Below are positions 23,701 through 29,711 of a DNA stretch of 64,000 bases, piece after piece; positions within the stretch are counted from its first letter, which is position 1, and each line of letters begins with the position of its first letter. The DNA is from a virus (lineage: Duplodnaviria > Caudoviricetes). The translations under genes and the position numbers were made by a program. The notes beneath the pieces were generated by a model. It was not told where the DNA came from. It worked only from the letters and a program-made list of their open reading frames with translations, and ran no database searches. The stretch covers positions 1,464-65,463 of IMG/VR virus record IMGVR_UViG_3300007511_001999, one strand, 5' to 3'.

Positions 23701-25920
23701 TGTTTCCCTAACAGCATAAACCTGGAAGTTTGTTGCATCATCTGTGGGAAATGCTGTATCTGTCTGAGCGTTTTCTGAGCCGGCGGTGTCTGACGACTGT
23801 GCTGTCGTGGCGTGTACACCAAAGAGAGAGCACGAAATGATATTTGTGTCCTGGTAGAAGTCGTGACTTTGATCAAACTTCTCAGGAAATAGAACGTCTG
23901 CCTCCATGGTAAAGGCAAACCCGCCAGTTAAATTGGTGCTCGAAGAAATAAAACCATAAGTGTTTGTGGCATCGCCCGGGTCGCGGAACTGGAAAACGTT
24001 AGCATCCATGCTACGAATGGAATTAAAGTTGACATACTTTTTACCATATGACTGGTTTTTTCGGTTTGTCGTAAAATCAAACTCTGCATTATTAGCATAC
24101 ATGTTGATCTTGATTAGCTCATCATCAATGCCGAAACATCGAATCAAATTCCTAAATGATTTTTCAGTTCCCTTTGTCTTATAGATGTAGGATAAATTGT
24201 TGTAAATGTTCTGATAAATCTGATTCTTAATCTCTGTAATATTCTTTTCAAATACACGATCTTCGCTGCGGTCACCGAGTTTTTCGAGTACTGTCGCGTC
24301 AACAAACAGTTCCGGAGACACAAGACCCGTAGACATAAGAAGTCGTTCTGAAAAAACACTAACCTTGTCTGAGCCACTTACATAGTTGATATCCTTGAGT
24401 TTATTTAGTGACTCGATCTGTAGATGAAGAGTATCCAGATAGCTCGCCATGATCTGAGTTACGTTATGAAGTTGAGATCCACGCTCGACATCCTCTTCTG
24501 TTATCCAGGCAGGGATGGATTTATAGATAGAGGCAGCATTTGAGGCATCATGGTCAGAACCAGACTGAATAAGGCCTGCTCGAAGAGCAACCACCGCGGG
24601 ATCAAAGGAATAAATAATCGGATCTTCAAATTCTTTAATCGCAGCGCTTGAAGAAATGATGGCCGAGCCAGTGTTACGTGAGTCGCTAGTATACCCAGTC
24701 CAGGCTCCGTTTGATACACGGCCAGAATAATCCAAAACATTGTTGTCAATCGAACTCGTGCCAGTAATGCCCTCGTTAAATTTATAATAAACGCCTAAAG
24801 TAGTGTTTGCTACCTCTGTAGTGTCTTTAAATGTCTGTGGATCAGAGTTAACACCACCGCCAACTTGTGTAAACCAGAAGCGGCCAACATCTTGGCTACT
24901 TCGCTGAGTTTTCCAGTATCGGAACTCATCTAAAGACGCAGAGAGCTTGCCTGCGTATTGGGCGCCTCCGCCAAGAGTGGTTGCTAGGGCACCTAGTGTG
25001 GCCTGCATCGCACCAGTTACTTCATTAAGGGCGTCGCTGCCAAGAGTAGACTCCTGATTGAGAGCCCCATCAATATAGACTCTGCTAGTAATGCCAGCTG
25101 TGGCATTTTTAAAGGAGAACGCATAGTGGTGCCATGTTGAGTCCGCTATGGTGACCGCACTACCGATTGAACTCTCACTTACTCCGTCAGATCCCGAAAG
25201 CAGGGTCGCAGTGAAGACTGCGGCGCCTTCGTTTGAGGAATTTAGCGCCAAAGACAGTCGTCCATAGTGGGCCAATCCCTCAGTGGCGCCATTCCACATG
25301 TCGAAGATCACCTCTTTGGTGGTCAATGAAGACGCATATGCATCCTTCTTCATCCAGAATTCTACAGTAACCCCATCACCAGACAGATCATATTTAAGAT
25401 TCGATGTTCTGTTGGAGCCGGTATCATAAAAGTTAGACCCAGTAAACTGAAGGTTGAGTGGCGACATACCATCCGGATTTGGATGCGGGCCGCCCTTAAA
25501 ATAAATGTATTCTAAAGTATTGGGGAGACCATAACCATTACCAAGCGAGCCGTTTCTGGTTCCCCATCCGCCGGCAGACATCAGGCCATAGCCGGTGCGG
25601 CGCGGGTAAAGGTTATTTAGAATATAGAGATCTATCTCTGTGGATTCATTTTCCCATTTAAGTCGTTCGCGAAGGGAGCCATCATATGGATAGGTCTTGT
25701 AAATCCGATCTAGGGATTCACCATAATATTTCTCAGCTGAGCCATAGCGAGCAAAATTAGAGGCAGTTGTATAATCGACCGCAGGAATAAACCTGCGCTC
25801 TTTTATAATATCTTGTTTTTGATATTCGGCAGACTCAATTGCAGATCCAACCTCATCTGCTGATTGGTTGGAAAGTGACTTGAGTGTTTGCGCTTTTTCA
25901 AAAAGATGTTTAAAGCTCAT
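11722..25920 (-). CDS. Giant baseplate wedge/adhesin protein (gpI/gp7-like scaffold with multiple LamG/ConA-like domains)
   Basis: 4732 aa. YIYKTKGTEKSFRNLIRCFG is a gpI/gp7-type KGT motif. At least 6 LamG-like units (S-x-W...WHHxxxT...YxDG...xxW). Lies downstream of gp25 and gp6 homologs. Confidence 0.75.
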   Translation of the reverse strand: MSFKHLFEKAQTLKSLSNQSADEVGSAIESAEYQKQDIIKERRFIPAVDYTTASNFARYGSAEKYYGESLDRIYKTYPYDGSLRERLKWENESTEIDLYILNNLYPRRTGYGLMSAGGWGTRNGSLGNGYGLPNTLEYIYFKGGPHPNPDGMSPLNLQFTGSNFYDTGSNRTSNLKYDLSGDGVTVEFWMKKDAYASSLTTKEVIFDMWNGATEGLAHYGRLSLALNSSNEGAAVFTATLLSGSDGVSESSIGSAVTIADSTWHHYAFSFKNATAGITSRVYIDGALNQESTLGSDALNEVTGAMQATLGALATTLGGGAQYAGKLSASLDEFRYWKTQRSSQDVGRFWFTQVGGGVNSDPQTFKDTTEVANTTLGVYYKFNEGITGTSSIDNNVLDYSGRVSNGAWTGYTSDSRNTGSAIISSSAAIKEFEDPIIYSFDPAVVALRAGLIQSGSDHDASNAASIYKSIPAWITEEDVERGSQLHNVTQIMASYLDTLHLQIESLNKLKDINYVSGSDKVSVFSERLLMSTGLVSPELFVDATVLEKLGDRSEDRVFEKNITEIKNQIYQNIYNNLSYIYKTKGTEKSFRNLIRCFGIDDELIKINMYANNAEFDFTTNRKNQSYGKKYVNFNSIRSMDANVFQFRDPGDATNTYGFISSSTNLTGGFAFTMEADVLFPEKFDQSHDFYQDTNIISCSLFGVHATTAQSSDTAGSENAQTDTAFPTDDATNFQVYAVRETKDSPNVTFILKSSAGGKVPTLTSSMYYDVYDNNQWNFAVKISPSRYPWTAYVPTAPIADYDIEFQGVNVDAGVVVNSFNVTGTATAPGAAFITGSRRAFVGAHRTNMTGTVLQRCDAKIGSCRLWLDKLSQETIKAHALDPTNYGLADTGLYAFPFQATASYGDLPRINTLMLNWDFNQNTGSSAAGSFRVADLSSGSATMASTRNDWLGNILYYQHPGSGSNFSASTSTVVDKEYVVASKQNLPESLESSDMITVLSQQDQVEFTRDSRPLNYFLAFEKSMQQSISDQMINYFATLTDLNTIIGAPVNRYRGEYKGLKLLRQRFFEGVSNSEIDFEKFFEYYKWIDGALSVLLGQLAPISLDFDPNIRTLIESHILERSKYQNKFPFLAQSDPDITGSIGTVATPITVNSIINDAQGTGIESAQAPTKRVTGMPNTSVLNSWKYDHAPLGSTTPTPLSLLFDGTDEYVDIGNGASVWEPLIGGAGDAAKPYSVSFWYKRGGSLSTPANPYLYSFGTGKRSVFLYTTSDGSILASNSSNNVSSVRSSAVVAVGVWTHITVTFDGDVDTGETEYGVIKVYINGVNNTNPAYATPASAPEAINSAVSTIGVRTGSQEAAGNYCDFAVWDKELSSAEVTEIYGGGDRVKLSTSTCQSNLLSWWKLGNGLDDTYTGAGALADEVGGRDGTPTNFDSASDIEADSPDFIANYNGPAQNSKSVWWQNRAGRDLPAFATPDNVDADREVLLNAIKSSNNRTLGRPYRFSGGGSVVLGGVARHPSQRKGVVYEATAPAGPTVGQGTYGAVPSDIMVAKSADVESLISSSDEYFPSQKVRYGFGMGVQSASYEVYERDADGATVAPFSLYSSSISDALSSEMSNFTGSTIITNMHADLASDQTDVPMQGPFTEKFVGGRQHRHIELNQSGSPDSISDPLTMANNFNGLDSRVNRPEGFRVQMGYEFTGSNTGSPWKASSGHLQVVSPQYPELDTAGGTTNLYDRPKANLPRGEHAKRPINIKNILMTTASLSQSMSGTIDHNRIGNYTKNYEVIQTAGRSQNDPYFREGTFTFAPNPETPATRGRTVLMDPPTKSIYFDGSDDYATFGTVAAWEPIVGGGVASQKAFTVSMWIKPTTAFVNGEYIWTFGVYGTGFRRLIYYGTTGKLECTTGAANFARTTSNVVALNTWHHVVVTFAGGALAVPQIYVDGTLASTSTANSTPGAALSTHGFTLSANGGGLGTADGEHYMCDPAVWGRALSAAEVTTLYGEGRRINIVELVGDGLVSWWPLGDGKAILGDAVDTYNGTIHSANSSSWDGTATNLASTAITTDSPMVGGWGPTTNPSGTLDYALPIRTGSNSNQTVIVNRFSAPGGYDVSSQGYMDPAHEEFSVYNALPYRNRTVIDYGIPTSASAPASASIVAPLDQIDHPRGLNQLSTLHCGPFGADSAFGELSLSASQAGNSDGILGDGIVTSASFHKTQRNTKKRLKFTQETRSLWFNNADSDQLKLGGWNSAAWSNLIGGAGSNAESFSVSFWILCTDTTVANGQSIIGDGTSSGNNKRAIYLFNSDDTIRFGINGTQDGVVKSSAITQDRWHHVVCTFAGGDPGGSGTDDYMNIYLDGALDTTVVQQLNGPTDIYTGTTGNIWLGYFANGVDPIASSGYFQGNLSNLAIWDVELSAAEVSRIYNHHQLYDLSKMKIDNLAVWWRFSDSSIWKKPDDGVINHRDSFNIYNVAPKAAKFFNAGVGCDLIAADGFDGYGTYQSLIPASPSTWPIVTGSLYDNLFEQHGVPNADRNYAWVTASLEADVPFYGFDQKIPAPGQTDTPWYIGNKSANWNSANYGLEDADEYARDKWNALIGGPVGAAKAYSYSMWIRPTTMVDSIPKFVSWGGFARYLEIYGAGLPAPLRAYNGPVMGGNYRASSTSLSADTWYHVVVTYEGVYEGNPPNIYINGALDNGAGAATSDPAGFGVYGMSVGASEVNTMDYRGHMCDLAVWTKALSAGEASTIYNNGVRFNLKASNAPDRLVAWWPLGSDPEDISTEDGPLAFYDEVSRQKLVGIWGSGPPIDSSEAPSAELPLYGFYKNTVPKVPEISAYVEPGLQSTSGTIVPGLYPFQGRPSGTYGAAADTATSMNQLYEPPYSSLIDSASVNIAGFAYSPQAMRYANLDTHTLEPPAFQVNRKSLRISGSTLGMDPSGLRGQGPNFVCGEKKQWAQYNAPTAYSASANGLGNSVGPNSAWTVSTWFKILYSGSFANAAGETGSHATASAGQTWPGNSQSHGGALDALRESAPVMALWSWPAESATGLSFSPPAQLLFWPRVQPGTNSSSSVASWVPELVISGGNGNIGTTAPGTDLRAAATKASMWITASSWDLKTGVGGPFLPHTWYHLAVSYDGTDPSCMLAGGFNRDYSAVKMYVNGVSMLNNGQITSGALLNPSSGNSGLTFPAPQGQGPVVLGNAGNNHIGYPFNGLVNELQVYNKALSTTEVTELYNRRGTLLGGFTAESNLTNWYRMGNAGSRATNVFIEDVKGGAHAINTGLTGSDMINPAGEIVSDYLGVWAHPVTGAWGAKYGSGSNEYRFISGSRLSDSFVTFNHAMLNLNGPYQHPSWKQVRTEEHPVARRLRRANRISIADPPPMVPQFVAGGTNAINFLRAKSSNTSIDYVEQPIDTRYRPFVAAFEDRSESPDRGNNVSLQVSYGNNIGYFSNNGLNNRLSLRPDTRSNQAFNEVQDYIDKTGDADIAVYASYGERVYPRSVNAYQTRVRTRADYSTENVWNKSRVLRSGKFLNSQGMIDYSMPNAPATGTVLSAFENLLGYVYNSYLGAKATTVMAMDPSPWPLDAPQKYTLLTSSTGLGSGTYSPVVGQPGQNTASIAQVVSGALPAIITGSVPFALFSGENQLGKDVSSLTENMILAGTGSGGGELQNTYSYFFSAMAGGSIFTAMSNSCRPAASYIRPLPETPARIQGTYPLATAQLVPANYTLMGFHPWVAPLQEDLDPYRPYQDYAENLRLAGKDCSIVPEYRISEHLETYLGNEFTEPATDGFLAKLGNLLDLTGSSLDSSTKDFYSVYATTDFLELFRVVDNDLRGPRGKSEDDNIVRHGTTLQATAFTSFLPYKGFYPAERTVKLSSYFSQSMGSLLPGTRSSPDFADARGGTVAPAATPNETLSRILLEPLFSPGILFNTIKSGIAVGNYVIRNTASNPGDLKQAQYCDSYEFAALGALGIAAKRPGSETFGAASVSASAWASAGETPNQQHWGILEGYSEFNFNSSASYQSSSVNSASFACLNVGHSASAGIKAFMPVRYRAQARDDYNTLWTSATGSRFGYYLQKIPFDAIRRPQDYLSARALASGSDVAEAPDWLGGVLANTASSTAAEPEGGLGAGWLYDTGVSMSSSIAASVRVPQSLFGFSSPSGGYDASGSLYDTMMVGTLKNQSQNKIRWNGNVINPIYNLAIDNFLCETVNFFQDGLTSFVSKEEEAFKPVKKNKYYGMRVLLERSADDVGNPTFGMYSRASAFGTPLALSGSRGSGITFSHLTPPYYNGAAYADIVFQAPYSDRPALQDIVSKANVVYSRRIESNLQLSPSGTQASASCIGFVTGSDLKRDHDYVQMQLSASVNIFDKILAIPEGTNQQKVQWVIQTKFETPMFDFYDTPCLPHPTSSAHRRATAGPIDVTSSTAPFQIRGMWHQYGRVPEANKGVFLGVQDLPETYYSDQLGQEIQVESLRDIVGFGSGESKRVGELSTSKTVREAVLVVPFRIARGEREFIKLPPTSIFERSSALAERARSRERMQRVDFWEEHLGRYNRQVELLERYILPPTLDFLINRSVRPIFFDAFEFTETFSSKDLQNMWQNLPPESNQKMRRQSSTINISDFFTDQIFGRTDIQWLVFKVKQRATKDYDILSKRGLTKDIPLVPSSIESPYSFNWPYDYFSLVELLKIDENVEYVSRGAGATPWEDPPPPPRLGASPGSDTTGQSRFVGDYTEAEATAVLNDLNNNQES
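16060..22330 (-). repeat. Five dispersed paralogous LamG-like cassettes (~250-370 aa each) inside the giant ORF
   Basis: Units at ~21595-22330, ~19725-20445, ~18410-19243, ~17500-18245 and ~16060-17185. Shared W-x2-(L/I)(I/V)GG...(Y/F)(S/T)xSxW, LSxxEVxx(I/L)Y and LxxWWx(L/F) motifs. The fifth is more divergent. Confidence 0.75.
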
Positions 25921-25927
25921 ATCCTAA

Positions 25928-27481
25928 TTATTCGTCAACCCTAAATTTAAACGTTTCGGGTTGCTCGACCCATGTTGCTATACTACCATTATAATAAGAG
26001 AATTTAATCCCATACATGTATCCGGCCTCCAGTTCCAGCATATCTAAATCAAAATAGTTGCCGCTTACGTCGTAGGACAAGTATGTTGAATACTCACTTC
26101 CAGTACCATATGGAAGCACCTCATAATTGTCAATCATTCGCAAAATACGATAAGACGCACTTTCAATAATTTCCGTAGGATTAACGTTAGTGGCCACCGT
26201 ATAAATGGTGGGACTCCAATTCTTATCTCGTACAAATGTTCGGAAGCGCACCTTTTGGTTCCTTCGGTATGAAGGCTGAAGATTTTTGATAGAAGTAACT
26301 CTTTCAAATGTTGGGGCGCCCTCAAAGTTGCGGTAAGTTTTAGTAGTGAAGGAGCCGGTTTTATACTGAACAGAACCTGTCGGTAGCGACGACCATACAT
26401 CAAACATTTTAGAGGGCGCACCATTAGCCGATGAAGAGGTCATACAGATAGATGCCGTGTATATTCCTGTACTAACGAGGCCGCCTGTAACACAAACAGC
26501 GTTGCCGGCGCCGGCGCCAGAGAGGGCTTGAATCCCAGATGGTTTTGTGTTCCCGGCGTTTCCTGAGAAAAGAGAAACATATAGAAGGTTGCTGGTAAGG
26601 TTTGGAATATTTGTAAGTTGACCGCGAACATAGTTATACAAGTACAGAGTATTGAGGTTATCCGTGGCTGGGGCCGCAGAGCTACTGTAGTAAAATGAGC
26701 CCCTCTCATCAGTGACGCGGGAATCCCAACGTGCTTCGATCCATGGACGTTTATAAAAGTACTCACTTGAACGCGCGAAGAACTTCTTGGTATAGTATGA
26801 GGTCTCTGCTCCGCCGGTATTTTGTAAAACACCATTAGCATAGGCTGCGGCTGTATACGCCTCCTGGCTTGAAGTTAAGAAAATGCCTAGGCCATAGTTG
26901 GGAATATGTTTCGAGGTTCCGGATGTTTGCATCCATCTCTCAATAGTTGGGGTAATATTGATTTCTAGATCTTCATAGCCTTGCTCGAATGTCTGACGGT
27001 ATACGGGTGAGTCGGACGACTCGTTATCGTCCCGATAGTCCCCACCGTTGTTGGCCCAAGCCACAGTAGTAGATGCTGACATCCAGTTAGATTTTCCTGC
27101 GTCTGAATATTCATCCATGTCGAGGCCGGTGCCTTCGGCCCATGAGCGCGAAACGGCGGCTACAACCAAGGTAAAGTCCTGCGGGAGGGTCCAAGGATGC
27201 TTGGCGTTGCTCATCTTAAGGAAAAAGTTAACACTTCCGGAGGCCGGGATTCTCCCAGCGGTTCGGTCGGCCGCAACAGTGGTAATGGGGAACTGAATGA
27301 GCGCTCTCGATAGCTCTTGGGTCTGCCCGGTGGTCGAGGCAGAACTCTGACCATAGATTGAAAAGATTTCTACCGAGTCAGCATAGCCCATGTTAGAGCC
27401 AGTACCTCTATTACTTAGGTTCGCCTTGAAAGCATTTGTAATGGTAGTGTCAGCGCTAGCCGTATATCTCTTAAAGCCCAT
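25928..27481 (-). CDS. Structural protein with a DNRLRE/disaggregatase-related-like domain
   Basis: 517 aa. Pattern ADTTI...SRALIQF...VSRSWAEG...WxxxGGD...INITxxIExW...NYGL...FxxRS...RPWIE. Sits between gp6-like and gpI-like genes. Confidence 0.55.
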   Translation of the reverse strand: MGFKRYTASADTTITNAFKANLSNRGTGSNMGYADSVEIFSIYGQSSASTTGQTQELSRALIQFPITTVAADRTAGRIPASGSVNFFLKMSNAKHPWTLPQDFTLVVAAVSRSWAEGTGLDMDEYSDAGKSNWMSASTTVAWANNGGDYRDDNESSDSPVYRQTFEQGYEDLEINITPTIERWMQTSGTSKHIPNYGLGIFLTSSQEAYTAAAYANGVLQNTGGAETSYYTKKFFARSSEYFYKRPWIEARWDSRVTDERGSFYYSSSAAPATDNLNTLYLYNYVRGQLTNIPNLTSNLLYVSLFSGNAGNTKPSGIQALSGAGAGNAVCVTGGLVSTGIYTASICMTSSSANGAPSKMFDVWSSLPTGSVQYKTGSFTTKTYRNFEGAPTFERVTSIKNLQPSYRRNQKVRFRTFVRDKNWSPTIYTVATNVNPTEIIESASYRILRMIDNYEVLPYGTGSEYSTYLSYDVSGNYFDLDMLELEAGYMYGIKFSYYNGSIATWVEQPETFKFRVDE

Positions 27482-29271
27482 TATTTAATGCTCCCTCTGA
27501 TGTCCGTATTCGGGAATTTGATCTCAAAAACAACATTTTCTTCGGCCAATATACGCATGTTGTCGGCACTTGTGGCGGCCATGAAATCATAAGAATCACC
27601 CGAATAGTTCGATCCGGATTTCTCTACAATCTTAACCCTAATAACATCCAAAAGTCCCTCAACTTTATTAAGAGTTTTATAGATGTCCGACAGGTTTATC
27701 GGCTCGCCGATATCGTAGGAGTGGGAGAATTTGGCGGCGAGGGCCCGAGAAGCAGAATTGATAACATTAAATCGATTTGCGCTCATATCGATACTAACCT
27801 CATATTCAATTCCAAAATTAATAATCCTAGCGTCTAGTATATCAACCGTGTCGTTGATCATCTTATATTGTCCAAGCCAGTTTTTAAGATTATTTTTCAA
27901 AGTAGAGTTGGCAGCTACTAATTTGCCGCTGGCATTTTCCGAGACAACATACAGATTGAGGTTTCGCTTAAACGCATCGAAATCGCGAACGATGGCTGCA
28001 CGCTTCACTTTTCCAAACTTATCTGGCATGCCATAACTAATAGCTTTATAATCTTCTCCGGTTACAGCGCGATTCTGTGTTGCAAAATAGCTATATGCTC
28101 GCTGTTTAATTTCATCTGAGTTTGGCAACGCGACGCTTCCGACAAATCGTTCTTCGTTCACAACCTGCACAGAGCCAACAACATTGTTTCTTTTGTCGCT
28201 TGTTAGGAGGTTTTCTTCTTTAAAAGACACCAGCGCGCGGCTTACCTCATTAATGGAATTCACCGGTGCATTAACATCGTTTGTGGTATTATATCGGAAA
28301 GAGATTATTAAATCTGTGTTGGCCGGTGCGATGCCGAGCTTGTCTGTATCAAGCAGCTTTGTGGGATCGAAGCCGGCGTCGGTCACATAGTCGCGACCAT
28401 TCATGTTTAACATCAGGTTGGAGGGATCAATAACAGATCCATTTGTCAACTCAGCGCTGGAGCCATATCCAAACTGCAAAAAAGTGCCACCATTTTCAAA
28501 CTCAACTGTAAATCGTCGAGGAACTGGAAAGGGTTTGAGAATATTTGGAACTGTCGCTCGGGTAGTTGTTGTGTTTTTCACAGCCTTGTAGATAACATTC
28601 TGCGTTAGGTGGTCTACCTCGTAAAAGCGATGGCCATCGAGATCGTAAACACTCACAACATTGTTAATTTTTGCTATAGATAAGGGAACTCTTCGGAAAC
28701 GTTGAAAGTTTCCCACACTAACTTTGTCCCTGCCGATTCGCCCAGAAACGGCGCGTCCTTGGGCGCGAATAACGAAATGAGTGGGGGCGCCCGTAGCGCT
28801 CGCGTCACTCACAACAATCTGGTTTTGTTCTTTTGAAAAATCCACATCGTCTACTAAAGTATAATAGCCGCCGGCGTCGCTCGTAAATTCGGAGCCAGAC
28901 TTTAATACAGGAACATAATTGGTGTCGGGGCCTTGTGTAACGGTAGACGCCGGAACTTTAATATAAAGTGTCACAATTCCATAAGAAGATGGACTAGGAT
29001 TAATCTTGAGGCCCATCTGGCGTACGAGACGCACCACATTGTTATACTCAATAGCAGTATCTAGAAAACTCTCGTTGGCCTGGTAGTCTAGGTAAAAAGA
29101 GAGAATGTCTCCAACGTAAGAAACGGTATCCAACATGAGTGAACCGAAGCTGGCTTCATTGAAGTCTCGATAGGTATCTGGATAGTATCTACGGGCAAAA
29201 TTTTCTAGATCCTGCCGGATGGATGCAAAATCTCTACTAGTATAATCAATGGCCTCTAATTTCTTTGACAT
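27481..29271 (-). CDS. Baseplate wedge subunit (T4 gp6 / P2 gpJ-like)
   Basis: 596 aa. N-terminal DYTSRDFASIRQDL...DFNEAS..LD..SYVGDILSFYLD...NESFLDTA and C-terminal TQNRAVTGEDY are gp6 hallmarks. Confidence 0.9.
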   Translation of the reverse strand: MSKKLEAIDYTSRDFASIRQDLENFARRYYPDTYRDFNEASFGSLMLDTVSYVGDILSFYLDYQANESFLDTAIEYNNVVRLVRQMGLKINPSPSSYGIVTLYIKVPASTVTQGPDTNYVPVLKSGSEFTSDAGGYYTLVDDVDFSKEQNQIVVSDASATGAPTHFVIRAQGRAVSGRIGRDKVSVGNFQRFRRVPLSIAKINNVVSVYDLDGHRFYEVDHLTQNVIYKAVKNTTTTRATVPNILKPFPVPRRFTVEFENGGTFLQFGYGSSAELTNGSVIDPSNLMLNMNGRDYVTDAGFDPTKLLDTDKLGIAPANTDLIISFRYNTTNDVNAPVNSINEVSRALVSFKEENLLTSDKRNNVVGSVQVVNEERFVGSVALPNSDEIKQRAYSYFATQNRAVTGEDYKAISYGMPDKFGKVKRAAIVRDFDAFKRNLNLYVVSENASGKLVAANSTLKNNLKNWLGQYKMINDTVDILDARIINFGIEYEVSIDMSANRFNVINSASRALAAKFSHSYDIGEPINLSDIYKTLNKVEGLLDVIRVKIVEKSGSNYSGDSYDFMAATSADNMRILAEENVVFEIKFPNTDIRGSIK

Positions 29272-29286
29272 ATGTCTACCTCGGTA

Positions 29287-29294
29287 TAATTAGT
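29287..29294 (-). promoter_or_regulatory. Candidate late-promoter element ACTAATTA
   Basis: Directly upstream of the SD (GAGG) of the gp6-like gene and overlapping the gp25 stop codon. Confidence 0.3.
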
Positions 29295-29673
29295 CCAAAT
29301 TTGTATCAAGTTGCAGCATTCCTGTGATCCGAAGCGGCACAATCTTAAAAGTAACTCTTGTGCGTACGTCATTTGGGAACATGTCTGGATCGTTCTCTGG
29401 TGTTCTAAACTCCACTTTCTGAATCTCTATAAAAGGCATATACCTCGACACTTGCGATCGTATATTAGATGCGATATCTTGGTAGGTAGACTCATTATTC
29501 ATATCGAACAAATATCTCTTGAGGCCGACGCCAAAATTAATATCCATCATTCTTTCACCAGGACTAGTAAGAATAAGCATTTTTAAATTTTGTTTCGCCA
29601 ACGTAAGATAGTCGGTAATCAACTCAAACCTGCTTGATTCAATAGGTAATAAAGGTGCTAATCCAGTTGTCAT
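29290..29673 (-). CDS. Baseplate gp25/gpW-like (sheath initiator) protein
   Basis: 127 aa. QNLKMLILTSPGERMMDINFGVGLKRYLF...YMPFI is the gp25/GPW signature. Confidence 0.9.
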   Translation of the reverse strand: MTTGLAPLLPIESSRFELITDYLTLAKQNLKMLILTSPGERMMDINFGVGLKRYLFDMNNESTYQDIASNIRSQVSRYMPFIEIQKVEFRTPENDPDMFPNDVRTRVTFKIVPLRITGMLQLDTNLD

Positions 29674-29688
29674 CTCTCGCCCTCTCAG

Positions 29689-29696
29689 TAATTACT
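29689..29696 (-). promoter_or_regulatory. Candidate late-promoter element AGTAATTA
   Basis: In the AT-rich gap upstream of the gp25 SD (GAGAGGG). Confidence 0.3.
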
Positions 29697-29711
29697 TAAA
29701 AAAGATGTTTT

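Noticed and set aside
11722-25920. Diversity-generating retroelement or inteins in the giant protein
   Set aside because: No reverse transcriptase, no near-identical TR/VR DNA pair and no intein splice motifs (C...HN-C/S/T) were noticed. The inserts are LamG-like.
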